DNA from: Octopus bimaculoides
Taxonomy: Eukaryota
Assembly: GCF_001194135.2 (NCBI RefSeq)
Contig: NC_068985.1
Location: 42,013,134-42,073,560 of the forward strand
Direction: 5' to 3'
Length of the DNA: 60,427 nt
Shown here: positions 10,406-23,559 of the stretch, in pieces
Layout: every line of letters starts with the position of its first letter
How positions within the stretch are numbered: the first letter of the stretch is position 1
Notes under the pieces: generated by a model
What the model was told of the DNA's origin: nothing
The model's input: only the letters and a program-made list of their open reading frames with translations
Databases searched by the model: none
Position numbers and translations under genes: made by a program

Positions 10406-12624
10406 GTAAGTTATCATTTAGGATAATTCCCCCCACCACTCTCTTTCTGTCTGTCTGTGTCTCTCTCTCTTTCTCTCTCTCTGTCTCTCTCTCTCTATAT
10501 ATATATATATAAAGTCAATTAAAATAAACAAATAATGTGTATTATGTATTTGTGTGTGAGGAAATGTACTAGGGGTGCTTGTATATGTGTATGTGTGTAT
10601 GTATGCATGTGAGTGTGTATATGTATGTGTGTATGTATGTTTGTGCATATGTGTGTGTATTATGTGTGTGCGGAGGGTTCTATTTGTACATGTCAAGACA
10701 TGTCAACTTGTATGTGTGTGTGGTAGTGTTTGTATATTATGTGGTGGGGTGGGGTGTTCATGCTATGTATATTGGTGTGTGTGAGATGGGTAGAAACTGA
10801 AGAATAAAACAAATTTTTAATTTTTAACTTAAAAAATAAAAAAATATAAGAAAAAATGTCTTTAAAGGTGTGTGTAGGACGTCACTGGATAGACAGTGTT
10901 TAGTTCAAATGGAGTTTGGGTTTGGAAAGTAAAAATGTATCATTGTTCAAGGTGAAGTCTGGTGTTGGTGGATCCTTGGAGTAAGGCCAGGCTGAAGACA
11001 GTGAGACTAGTGTGGGGAAGGAGAAAAGGCTGTGGTGCAATTGACTTGGCAGGTACGACACATAAACAAGAGAGCCAGGAATTTAGACTGGGTCTTGAAA
11101 TCCTGGTCACAGCCGTACAGATGTCAGAGACGGAGTAACTGGGAGTAGGGGATGACCTGTTTGGTGTGGAAAGGATGGGAGGAGGAAAAGTTGTGGTAGA
11201 GGTGAGAGTCCATGAGTTTGAAGAAGATGATGGTGGTGAGAGAGTGGGTGAGGGGATCGATAAAGAGAGAGATGTTGAGGAAGTTGACAGAAGTGTTAGA
11301 GATGACAGGTGAATTCAAGAGAAAGATGGAAGTAAGAGACGAAAGAGATAAAGTTGGAGAGGGAGGTAGAGCTAATGCAGTCATCTATATAGTGATTGTA
11401 TAGCACTGGGGTCAGTCCAGAGAACTGTGAGAAGATATGGGCCTCAATGTAACCGACAAATAAGTTGGCAAAGTTGGGATATATATAAAAGTTTTTGAAA
11501 TATCACTTTTATTATGTTACTATCAATATCATTGAGTTATTTTTATTTTTTTTATTTTTGAGCTTTTTTATTGTGTTCTTTAATTGGCTTAGCTACTATG
11601 TCTAAGAGCATTCTGGGACACTGCTTGTATGTGTATGAAAAATTAAAAATTGATAGAACTCAGTCACTAAAAGATCTATAACCTATCATCAGCCAATCTT
11701 ATGTTTTACAATGCCATTTTACCTGTCCATTCCTTTATGTTACTCACCCACCATAAAGATGCTCTTCTATCACATGTTGGTCCATACATGGCCATATTCA
11801 TTAGGACAAAACATATTTGTTATTCTCATGATTTACTGCTGCAGTGATGTTCACCTCACTTTGATTTATATTGCGCTTTTGATGCAACATGACTATGACA
11901 GTATTTTCTCTCAGACAAAATACAAAATCATGCTTTTCAATGGTGTCGATACACTTCACATGATGCACGGATGATGATTTTAATTTAATGCTATTTTTAT
12001 TGTGTTCCCTGAGTTTTTGCAGCTCAGCAAGCTTTCTGCAGTACTAGTGAGTGTATTCACTCTTCCTCATATATCTTAGCAAGTGACAAATAGATGCATA
12101 GCATGGAAGACTATGATGAATAGGGGTGGACTGAGAATCAAACCCTGGTGAATTTCTCCCTGCACACTAAATTTCATTGCTATACTTGGTGCTAGCTCTC
12201 ACCTTGCTGAAAGCAGCCATTTACATGGTCTATGTGGATCTCAAAGGCTATTCATCTACTTGTAGCTTCTTCAGTGACCACCAGATCAAAGAACAAAGGA
12301 TCCTATCCTAGACTTTCTCTAATGTTTAGGAATGCTAGGTACAACAGCTTACTCCTAACCTACTCCTGAAGTTGTTTCACAAAGATGGTATCAGTTGTAT
12401 AGAGGGCAAAAAACAATGAATGTATAACTATAACTACAAGTGGCAAATATTTTATTACTTTAACAAAAATACCAATCTAGTTTATCAAATGTAAAATCTG
12501 AAATCAAAAATGTTTCCTTCTTTTACAGATTTAATAAGCAGAAGTAATAGCTATGAAATAATTCCAGATGGTAATCTTTTTTAATCTCTTCTATTTTTGT
12601 CTCATAGCTGGCACACTTCAGTCA

Positions 12625-12673
<49 letters not shown>

Positions 12674-15600
12674 TATATACATATATATACATGTTGGAAC
12701 TCTTTTAAGCAAAATAATATATACATATATATATACATATATATATACATATATATACATATATATATATATATATNNNNNNNNNNNNNNNNNNNNNNNN
12801 NNNNNNNNNNNNNNNNNNNNNNNNNNNNNNNNNNNNNNNNNNNNNNNNNNNNNNNNNNNNNNNNNNNNNNNNNNNNNNNNNNNNNNNNNNNNNNNNNNNN
12901 NNNNNNNNNNNNNNNNNNNNNNNNNNNNNNNNNNNNNNNNNNNNNNNNNNNNNNNNNNNNNNNNNNNNNNNNNNNNNNNNNNNNNNNNNNNNNNNNNNNN
13001 NNNNNNNNNNNNNNNNNNNNNNNNNNNNNNNNNNNNNNNNNNNNNNNNNNNNNNNNNNNNNNNNNNNNNNNNNNNNNNNNNNNNNAATCTCATCAGTATT
13101 CCCGCTCCAGGTGCCGAGCCACAAACCGATGGACTTGTTCTTGTTAACTTTTGCCCTAGCCACTGCCTCGTATCCTTTGATTGCATCCTCTTCACAAGGT
13201 AGCTGAGCTACGTTGGACACGGTGATGGTGAAGTCATCCACATATGCAGAAACAGACTTATCACATCTGATTTCATTGGGGATGCCCCCTCCCCCCAAAA
13301 CTCTCCAACCTCCACAGCAATGGCTCAAGAGTCAGTACATACAGAAGTGGAGACAGGGGACACCCTTGACGAACCGAGCACTTGATCTCAAACAGCTCTG
13401 ACAGGTAATCGTTTATTTGGACTGTGGATTTGATGCAACCATAAATAGCCTTGATCCAACTGCGGAAGTCTGAACCTAGCCCAGCCACCTCAAGGACTGG
13501 TACTGGTGGTCTACCCTATTGGAAGCTTTACTTTGGTCTAAATGGATCAATGCCCCACTTTTACCAGATACTTTACCCACCCTATCTAAGGTGTACCATA
13601 TGAGATGAAGATTGTCCTGGATTGACCTGCCTGGGATGGCACATGTCTGCACCCTCCCTACAAGTTTCTCCACGACACACGTCAAACTTTTTGCTAAAAC
13701 TTTGGCCAAAATCTTTAACTCTACATTAGTTTGTGTAGATGCAGGCCAGCAAGTGTCTGAACAAGTCTGGCATACTACGATAAAATTCATAGGGCAGACC
13801 ATCCAGCCTGGCGACTTGTCTCTGGCGCATTCTGCCAGCACCCCCTTGACCTCCACAGCTGTAATCGGCCCTTCACAACATTCTGCCTTCTGCGCTGAGA
13901 GTCGCGGCCTACTGGCGAGGAAGTCCTTTAGGGATTCCCCACAGTCCAGTGCCCCGCTCATCCCCAACAACCAGGCGAAATGTTGGTGAAAAGCCTTTTG
14001 CATCTCCTCCTGTCCTTTTCTCGTACACCTCTGCTCGTCAATCAAAGACTTTATAGAGGCTTCACTGTCTCTCCAACTTTCCACACAACGTGCCTATCCG
14101 GCAATGTTAATACCTTCTCTACCCACCACATGTAACTTAGCCCTGACTCTACACCCTTCGTGTTTGGCTTTGAGATGACAGAATAACACCGCTCTTGCCG
14201 CTATCACTCTGGATGAAGAGCCAGATTCCATGGCCTCCTCTGATTCCTTAATTAGATTCCCTTCTATTCTAGTCTTCTCTAAACTTAGCTGGTTACTAAA
14301 TCTAAGAGACTCAGAATGAATGGCTCACTTGAGGGCGCACCACCATCTATTATTAATGATGGTACCACATAATGCCCTCTGCACTAACTCCTTAACCCGG
14401 GTATGGAAAGTTTTACAGATCAAAATAGACTTGTTCATCTTCCAGTACCCTGGTCCCTGTCTATGACACTTAACTAGGTGCACCTCATGTCACAAATTTG
14501 TGATCCATGTAAGGGACACAACAAAAGCATGGACAACTAACTGTATTCCTATTTCTCTCTCTGATGAATATCCTATCTAAATAAGATCTGTATGAACTGT
14601 CGTTATTCGTCCACGTCCACTGTGGAACGAGTTGTTCATCCAGTATATATCAGTCTACTAGGTTATAGCTCCCTAGTATCCTTTTAAGGCCAGGACTTCT
14701 CCTTCTATCAATCGAGCCAACACTATCCACTTGTGTGTCAAGAATAGTGTTAAAGTCTCCTGCTAAAACTAGAGTTTTTGACATCACCAGAAAGCTCTCC
14801 AGGTCTCGCAAAAAACCCACTTGTCTACACTCACTAGGAGCGTAAACAGCTACCAACCTGGAGGACTGCTTACTTGTGTGTGTCACATCTAGGATGACCA
14901 GCCTACTTTCTGGGTCCAGAAAGACTGTACTTACCTGTACGTTCAAGTTTTTCTGAACAAGACCCCCACACCCTGCCTCCCCATTGACTAGGAGAAATAA
15001 ATTTCTCATAGCCATTTAGAAGAGGCGAGAACACCTGTGGCCCATTCAGCTTGGACTCAGTCACCACACATACATTAATTTCTAGTGACCTGAGGTCATC
15101 CAGGAAACAAGTTTGCTTCCATTTCGGCCCCATAGCCTAGTGGTTATATAATAAGTACCAAGTTTTAAGAAAAAGGTATAGGGTTGATTTGTTCAACTAA
15201 AACCCTTCAAGGCAGTGGCCCAACACTTTGGTTAACCTAGAATTGTGTAGTGATGTTGCATACACTTAGCAGGCTCCAACCAACTCCAGCTTGGACTGCA
15301 TCCCTGTGCAGGATGATGCTGACTCTGAGGTTATAGTGCTCATCATTACTAGAGTGGGGTATTGCCATGTGACCTATACTTAGTCATCCTTCACCTGTCT
15401 GATTCATTTCACTGACACCCATGGTGTCATCTAACTTAAATCTTGGTCCATCTGTCCACCATGAAAATGTATGTGGACATTGCAAGTGTTTACACTTGTG
15501 TTATTTTTGGCATTAAAGACACAGCTGATTGGTGTTCAACTTCCATGCAGCTTTGACCTGGTTTCATCCAAGGATGAACCTTCTTCTCTTTGCTTAACTA

Positions 15601-18167
15601 GTCCACAATAGCTACTTTTTGTAATTTCTGTAGTGATAAGTTGGTTTTACAAGGGTAGGTGTAAATAGTTTATGCCAAATTTTGTTCTCATAGTTTAGGT
15701 CACATTCTGTTATTTCTGATTAAATAATGTCTAATTAAGATATGTCTGGTTGAATTATATTTCAGCACACACTATCTTATTGGATTATATTTCATTAGAT
15801 ATCTCACTAAATTAGGTCTAATTAGCTCATATCACTCTAAGTTTTATTTTGTTCTCATTATGTTTTGTTTCTCATTATTTTTTGTGATTATTATTACGTT
15901 TTGATTTTTAATTTCCATGATAAAAATAATAAAGTCGATAAAAAAAAAAAACCCCATAAAACAATGATATAAAGAAGCAATTGGTAATGTTGATTTATTT
16001 ATTTCAGGAACAGCTTGGCTAGGAGAAAACATCACTCTTCGTATTTCAGATATTCCAAATATGAAAAGACCTGTTGTTTGGCAAAGCAAAAATTATAAAT
16101 ATGAATGTGATAGGACATGTGCTAATGGGGATCATATAGTTACTCAGGATGGTAATGTTTCAACACTTACAATCAAAAATATATCTTGGGAATTTTCAAA
16201 GTGGTCTTTTATGGATGATAATATAAGAGGTGCACTCCTTGAACTGGACATAAAGGGTAAGGAAATTATTTCTGTTGATAATAATAATCATGGAGCAAGT
16301 ATTTTATAATATCAAAGCAAAATCAAAGTTTCTAACTTATCTATTTCAAGGTTTTCTTCTGTATAACTGATTTTATTCCCTCATAATATGAAGTCCAGCT
16401 GAAAAGTTCATAAGCTAACCAAGATACTCTCATGGAACATGACCAAATGATATTTTTCAGCATAGCCCCCTTGCAGGCCACACATTTCTTCCATTAGTGT
16501 TGCAGTGCTTGAATCCCATTGGTGAAGAAGCTTTTAACCAATTGGTAAAAAAGTCATCAATAGTAGATATGACATCATCGTCACTGCAATATTGGCTCCC
16601 AGCCAAGTGGTTTTCATGTTGAGGAACAGATAATTAGTCACATGAAGTCAAATAAAGGAGAACAGGGAAGCTGATCAACCAGTTCAAAGCCAAATACACT
16701 CACAGCAGCCATTAAAACCAAAGACTTGTGTGCTGGAGCATTGTCTTGATGAAACAAGACCCTTTCATCAGTTTTCCTGGGTGTTAGGTCTTGATAGCAT
16801 TTTGTAACTACCTCAGCAAGTTGGCATAATACTTTCCATTGACTACTGTTCTGGTGGTTAAGTTCTGTAACATATCCTGTGGTGGCAACAGTTTAGTTTT
16901 GTTGCCACTTTTTTTAATGAGGTTTCTAAACTTAAATAGTTGTTCCTTTGGCACCTCCAATTCACAAAAATTACCACCAACAGCAGCAGAGAAACTAGGT
17001 TTTTTCCTTTTCTTCCTGGTTACCAACTTGGTTACTTTCTTTCATTACCGGGAAATCCTCGTTTGAGAACAGAAATTCAACATTCGAAAGCAAATTTGAT
17101 TCCATTTTTACAAATGACCTCCAAACTCTACAAGAAAAAGCATAAATATTTTTGTCAAAAATGACAAAAATCAATTTTTACCTTGCAATGGGTACCAAAC
17201 CGTCCAAGTGTAGCTCTTTTGATGCCTTTTGTATCCCCCGTAACTGAAATCATCACCTTCCCTGCAGATGAAGCAACCTTGGCCTTCTTTGGTGCAGGCT
17301 AGGAGGGAGTGTTTCCACTGCATGGTTTATCCCTTTGTCTCTGGCTCAAAATGTTGACAATCATCCTGGGTTGGGAGATTTTAAAGGAAACCAGCTGGAT
17401 CGGCCTTGAACAATGTCAGGTTTTCCTGTGATGTAATCAGCATGGTGCATTTTTGATCAGGTGTCAGAAGATGTGGCACCCACCAAGCAGAAACATTCAT
17501 CATACCAAGTTCATAGTGCAGAATATTCTGAACCCTCTCACAGGATATGGCAATAACAATGGCTATTTGATTTATACTCAATTGCCTGTCATCCATCACG
17601 ATGAAGTGAACATGATCAATGTTTTCCTTGCTGGTGGCGGTTGCAGGGCTTCCAGACATTGGGTTGTCTTCAAAACTCTCCCTTTCCCTCCTAAGTTCAG
17701 TTGCCCTGTTCTTTTTTGTACTGTTGATAAAGTTGGAGTATCATCCCCTAATGTAGCAACCATGTCAGCATGAATGCTCTTGTGGGCTAAACCCTTCTTG
17801 ATAACACCATGATGCCAAATTCTGTCCATTTTCAAGAGAAGTTGCTACTGGTGACTCATGCCCTTGAATTTGCCCTCCATATAACCTGCAGTTTTTCTTT
17901 CAGAATTTTATGTGACTTAAAGGCTTTGAGATTTCTGAATGATAACTATGGTGCACAGTATGAAGGTTAACCTATCCTTCATGAGTTTGTGGCAGGCATC
18001 CTCTTCTCCTCTGCCATTATATAAGTCTTCCTTGGCATCTTCTTCTCAAAAAAAGTCCTGTTTCATCACAGTTAAAGACCTGCTTGGGGATATATCCTTC
18101 AGCTGCTTATAATTCCGGCAAAAGTGCCTTCACATTTGCGTTCGTTGCCTTGTAAGTCAAGGTACCA

Positions 18168-18211
<44 letters not shown>

Positions 18212-21200
18212 GCATACATATATATATACATACATACATATATATATANNNNNNNNNNNNNNNNNNNNNNNNNNNNNNNNNNNNNNNNNNNNNNNNNNNN
18301 NNNNNNNNNNNNNNNNNNNNNNNNNNNNNNNNNNNNNNNNNNNNNNNNNNNNNNNNNNNNNNNNNNNNNNNNNNNNNNNNNNNNNNNNNNNNNNNNNNNN
18401 NNNNNNNNNNNNNNNNNNNNNNNNNNNNNNNNNNNNNNNNNNNNNNNNNNNNNNCCGATCAACGGAACAGCCTGCTCGTGAAATTAACGTGCAAGTGGCT
18501 GAGCACTCCACAGACACGTATACCCTTAACGTAGTTCTCGGGGATATTCAGCGTGACAAGGCTGACGCTTTGAATTACAGGCACAACAGAAACAGGAAGT
18601 AAGAGCGAGGGAAAGTTGTGGTGAAAGAGTACAGTAGTGTTCACCACCATTCCCTGCCGGAGTCATGTGGAGCTTTAGGTGTTTTCGCTCAATAAACACT
18701 AACAACGCCCGGTCTGGGAATCGAAACCGCGATCCTCTGACGGCGAGTCCTCTGCCCTAACCACTAGGCCATTGCGCCTCCACACACATACATACATATG
18801 ATCATACATACATACACACACACACATACATACATATGATCATACATACATACACACACACATACATGCACAGGATACGTCGGCTTTTTGAAGTAATTTT
18901 TTATGAATTGAGAAGAAGGTGCAAAGCTTATCAAAGAAAAACTGCCTTTGGTCTCTAAGTCAAAAGACAAATGTTCTACTACATTATGAAGAAGAATTTA
19001 TAAGTGTGAGATGGTTGCCTATACTCTCATATAATCATATTTGTGACATATTTTACAGTGAAACCAAAGATTCGGATCAACGTAATAAAAGAATGTGTAT
19101 ACAACGTAACAGCACAATGTTCTTTACCTGTGACATTAATACAATGTTTCATTGGAAAGGTAAGTAAACAGAATTCTTTTTAACTGTGTTTATCTTTCTA
19201 CCATTAACCAACTAAACTTTGGGGTAAGGAGTGGAATATTTATATTAGACAAACAATTTGGAACAAGCATAATTATGTGCCTTGGTCAGGAGCACAACAC
19301 AAGGACTTCAGTAAGATTTGAACTTATGGACTATGTGGTCACTTGTCTAGCTACTACTTTACTACACAATCATTGTTTTTGATTCTGGATTCCTTTTTAA
19401 CTATTGTAATCATATTGGATTGCAGTCTTTGGGTGTAATAACATCTATAATTCCATCTGTATTTCTCTAGGACTTGAGTCTTATATAAGTTTTATAATTG
19501 TTTATTTCTACTCCAGTATTTCTTGATCCTTAAAAGGAAACAGTTTTAGTGATGCAGTCTTGGTTATCTGGTATTTGTTCAAACTACAATGAGAGGTTCT
19601 AAGAGACAGTATAACCTAAAATTCATAGAGAATGTGCAAAAGCTTAATGGCGTGTTGTTTAGGAATGGTAAGGATGTTGTGTGTGTTTCCTTGATTTGTG
19701 TCTCAGTATAATGGAATGAAACTAAAATGTCAAACTCAAATTTCAGAATATCTCCAAGTCCTTTTAGTTAATGAAAGATATATTTTGACAAAGTCAACAA
19801 ATTTTGTGTGATGAAACTTAGTTGCAGAAGATGGTTTCTGGAATAAAAGTGTTGTTTATTTAGAACTGTGTTCAATGCTTGTTCTATCAACTTCTCTTAT
19901 ACTATATCAGCAAAGAACTTATTCATAACATCAAGTAAGTCATCCATGTAGGTCTTTCATGTACCATAGTTAGTTTTGGTTACTTGTTAGAGTATCCTAA
20001 TTATATTGTATCAAATAATTATGTTAATAAGTCAAGAACTTTAATTAGAAATGAATTGAGAAATGAATGTGATAAAATAAAAGTGTACTTCCTGATGCTT
20101 TTTAATTATCTTCTCTCTCTTTCTCTCGAACCATCTCTCTCTCTTGCTTTTCTTTTTTTCTTTCAGAATCCTGCTGCAACCCAAAGAAATAAATGTTCTG
20201 ATAAAAAAACTATCACCAACAGTGCTAGATTAAATCTTGGTCCTTCAGTTTCTGGACAAGTGAAATGTATTTTCACTATAGATGATATATTCGAGGAGAA
20301 ACAATTTTTTAACTTTACATGTAAGGGAGTATTTGCATAATGTTTATAAATTATATTGAAAATTGTTTTTAATTTTTCTATGCTTAAATATATTGACTAT
20401 AAACTTTTTGTATCATTCCCAACTTCCTTAAAATATTTTTTGTGTGTTATTTCATAATTAATATATTTATTGTAAATTGGATGATCCTGATATTAGTATC
20501 AATGCCATTTTGAAATATGTTCATTTATGTAGAGTTGGATATAGAATCTCTGAAGTCAGCTACTCATGATGTGCTTTTATGTCTACTGCTATAATCTTTG
20601 ATAATCTTCCTTAATAGCATCATATTAAAATGATCTGAGATCTCATTTAAATACTTGTAAGGATCTGTTACTCTCTAAAAATTAAGGGTCTATTACTCTC
20701 GGTATATTAATGAGCTGTTAATTCTCAAATATTAAGGATTTATTACTCTTCAAACACCAAATATATATTACTCTCAAAATATCATGGAACACTGTTACTC
20801 TGTAAATATTAAAGATCTACTAGTCTCTTTATATTGGTTTCAAATTTTGGCTCGAGGCCAGTAATTTTTGGGCAGGGGTGAATCAATTACATCGAGCCCA
20901 GTACTCAACTGGTCCTTATTTTGCCAACCCTGAGAGGATGAAAGGCAAAGTTGACCATAGTAGCATTTGAACTCAATATGTAAAGACAGACGAAATGCTG
21001 CTAAGCATTTTTCCTGGCATGCTAACGATTCTGCCAGCTCACCACCTTTGCTACTCTCTTAATATTATGAAGACTAGTTTCTAAATACTTAAGTGATGAT
21101 AAACTCTATATATTAAAGTTACATCAATTCCAAAATTATTTGTCATTTCCAAGCATGAAAAGCTGAGATAATATTTTTGTTATTTATTGGATCTGGTGTT

Positions 21201-22479
21201 AGGAGATAAGAAAAAAGATGTTTGCCATCTTTTTGTGCACATAGGACAGCTATATACATCATGGTCATTGAAACGTATGTAGTAAGTACAAGTATCACTT
21301 CTACTATTTTAATTCCTGTCATATCTAAATATGACAGGAATTAAAATAGTAGAAGTGATATTTGTACCATTGGCAATTAAACATGGAATCTAGAGCAGAT
21401 TTATGTGTTTCCATGACCAGGTGTGAATAGAAACTTTGAATGGTAGTAGAAGTAATTACTATGCTCCATCTACAATAAGAAAGTTAACTGGCTTAAATAT
21501 CATTTAGTTCTCTATAATATACTTTTAGAGCCAGCAAAGAAGCACCAGTGTAATTACTGAGCCTATTAGGAATACATCCTATCACATCTTGACATCTTAA
21601 AAATGAAAGGTGATATTAGATAATATTATCCTAGATATACACTCTTCTATTATGGTAGTTTACTAGTTGTATATAGCAGCCACTTCCTATAGACCTCTAT
21701 CACATAGGTACCATAACCTTCTACATCCCTCTATTTCGTTTGCTGTCTATCAAGTGTAGTCTACCATAGCTAACCATGATGCTTTTCACTACCCTCTACT
21801 CATTAACCATGTACCCACTGTAGTCTACCATAATCCATACTGCAAACCTCTACCTTGAAACCACCTACTGACTCTACTCTATCATTGCTCCTTACCATGA
21901 TACTTTTTCACATCCTTCAACCTCATTAGTCTACCTTAGTCATTTCCTTACAGGCCTCTACCACAGGACTTCTAATATCACTACAACAGCACCTGTTCAT
22001 TCTAACTTGTAGTCTAAAAGCTACACTTAAATAAACCATTCATTTTACATCTAAACACTATTCTCAACACATTGCCCAATCATTTCTCCCATAAATTCAA
22101 CAACCTGAAACTCCACATTTCTGTATTTTCCACTCAGTCACTAAACTGAGTCAACATGATTGTATCCAAAGATCCAAATTAATCCATAACTTCATCCCAT
22201 TAACCCTATTCCTGAGTCTAGAAGAAATAAAAATTTTATAAACACTACTTCTCTTCAGACTAAGTAAAGCTCGTTAGGCTAATTGGAACCACTTAAGCTA
22301 CACAAATATACTAATTTTTAATAAATACTAAGTTATGTATTATACTGATTATCTTTGCAGGTGATGCTACACCAAAACCAATAGCTGGTAATGATACTCC
22401 ATCAGGATTTTACATATTCAGATCATGCAAAAGCCTTCTCCTGGGGATCATAATTGCTGACAACTTGTTCAAGAATTAA
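10369..22479 (+). CDS. Gene A: spliced gene for a secreted/GPI-like protein with two Ig-like domains, join(10369-10405,12529-12570,16008-16256,19059-19159,20167-20320,22361-22479), 233 aa
   Basis: All introns are GT-AG with compatible phases (1,1,1,0,1), and the 702-nt join is open to TAA. Protein: [233 protein letters not shown]. Five of the six exons have a clear paralogous exon on the - strand. The Ig and GPI labels are inference. Confidence 0.88.
10860..11480 (-). mobile_element. Penelope-like RT fragment
   Basis: [20 protein letters not shown] and [13 protein letters not shown] motifs. Confidence 0.75.
12529..12570 (+). CDS. Gene A coding exon 2 (42 nt, end of signal peptide)
   Basis: tttccttcttttacag|AT...GATG|GTAATC. 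Phase 1-1 and open, bridging exon 1 to exon 3 in frame. Confidence 0.75.
13086..15135 (-). mobile_element. L1/Tx1-like LINE remnant (APE endonuclease + RT) in gene A intron 2
   Basis: [15 protein letters not shown]; [19 protein letters not shown]; [21 protein letters not shown]; AYVDDFT. Confidence 0.9.
16008..16256 (+). CDS. Gene A coding exon 3 (Ig-like domain 1, phase 1-1)
   Basis: atttatttcag|GA ... AAG G|GTAAGG, 249 nt open. Ig-like strand motifs [20 protein letters not shown]. Paralog at 35622-35873. Confidence 0.9.
16388..17960 (-). mobile_element. Decayed mariner transposon with an unrelated ~350-bp insert (~16860-17200)
   Basis: [50 protein letters not shown] motifs. Confidence 0.85.
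19059..19159 (+). CDS. Gene A coding exon 4 (first half of Ig-like domain 2)
   Basis: ttttacag|TG AAA CCA ... GGA AAG|GTAAGT. 24/33 aa identical to the paralog exon 34836-34936, which has the same length. Confidence 0.92.
20167..20320 (+). CDS. Gene A coding exon 5 (second half of Ig-like domain 2)
   Basis: Long pyrimidine tract, ttcag|AAT ... ACA T|GTAAGG. CSD, TNSA and KC.FT are shared with the paralog exon 32054-32216. Confidence 0.88.
20620..21120. repeat. Degenerate ~24-bp minisatellite (ttactctc.aaatattaaggat) shared, inverted, with gene B intron (~31100-31660)
   Basis: Repeated units flank a SINE in both paralogs. Confidence 0.6.
21293..21360. repeat. Perfect 32-bp palindrome with 4-nt loop in gene A intron 5
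   Basis: tatcacttctactattttaattcctgtcatat-ctaa-atatgacaggaattaaaatagtagaagtgata. Confidence 0.95.
22361..22479 (+). CDS. Gene A last coding exon (linker + hydrophobic GPI-like tail)
   Basis: tctttgcag|GT GAT ... AAT TAA. Ends [14 protein letters not shown], identical to gene B. Confidence 0.88.
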
Positions 22480-23559
22480 AAAGTAGCAGGAAGAATCTAA
22501 TACGCATTGTGAATTTCTTACATATGTGTGTGTATATATACATATATATAGATCAACATCGTCATCATCATTTAATGTCCGTTTTCCATGCTCTGGTTTT
22601 GAATATTTCAAGGGTTTTCTTTTAGAAAGCACACATTGGACTCTGTGTGTAGACTTGTGTATGATGAAACACTGTTTATATTCTTTCCCAGGATGGACTC
22701 AGCTCCAATCATGATGAAAATATTGATTACAATACAATTACTAATGGTGCTTCTAATGTTTGTTTAGGCTTTAGATATAAAGTAGCAAGGAGTATATGTT
22801 CAATTCTTTTCACATAAAAAAGTATGAATGATCTGGTGAAGGATTTAGAACTCTGGTTTCAAAGAAAGACACTTGCCTGAAGAAAACATAACAATAAGTG
22901 AAATTTTGATTTAACAGTTCATTTCTAGGTTAATAGCCCTCTCTTTTGATATGATCACATTTATGGATGTTTTGCTTGTTTATCTGACAGCCATATTATA
23001 AGGAGATGGCTATTTTTTTCTAATTGATTCATCACTACAAACATTAAAAGCAGTTATATTGCATGATAGAAATTTAAAGCTATCTATTCTCAACATGCAT
23101 TCACTACATTTAGCAGACATTATGTTGACATGGAATTCTTTTTTAATGCAATTCAGTTCAATGATCACTATTAGAGAAATCATAAAGTAATTCCTATGTT
23201 AAAAAGCATGTAATAGGGCATTCACTAAACTGTGTTGCTTTCTATGTCTGTTGAAGAATTGTATATAATAGAAGAGAATGGCCAACTAGATCTTCATATA
23301 TTTCTGAAAGGGAAAAAGCACTCAATTTACTCCTTCAGTTGACATGAAAAAGATATTTTAAACATCTTTTTTGCATAAAGTTTGCTTAAATAAAGATAAG
23401 GCCATGGGTAAGGGAAAATTTCAAGGAATTTCAATTTCTCTCAGCAATATTTCTTTTATTAGGGCTGCCAAAATTAAAGAAAGATATTAAAAGGTAAAAC
23501 TTCTAATGAAACACATACAACATTTTAACTAAAAACTTGACACACCTTCAAATAATTTT

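Noticed and set aside
12597-13328. Long ORFs crossing N runs (also at 18.1, 36.5, 48.6 and 58.6 kb)
   Set aside because: Artefacts of gaps and TA/CA microsatellites.
18919-19167. ORF-track protein [11 protein letters not shown]...HWKGK
   Set aside because: Wrong frame. The real exon 19059-19159 uses the frame conserved with the paralog.
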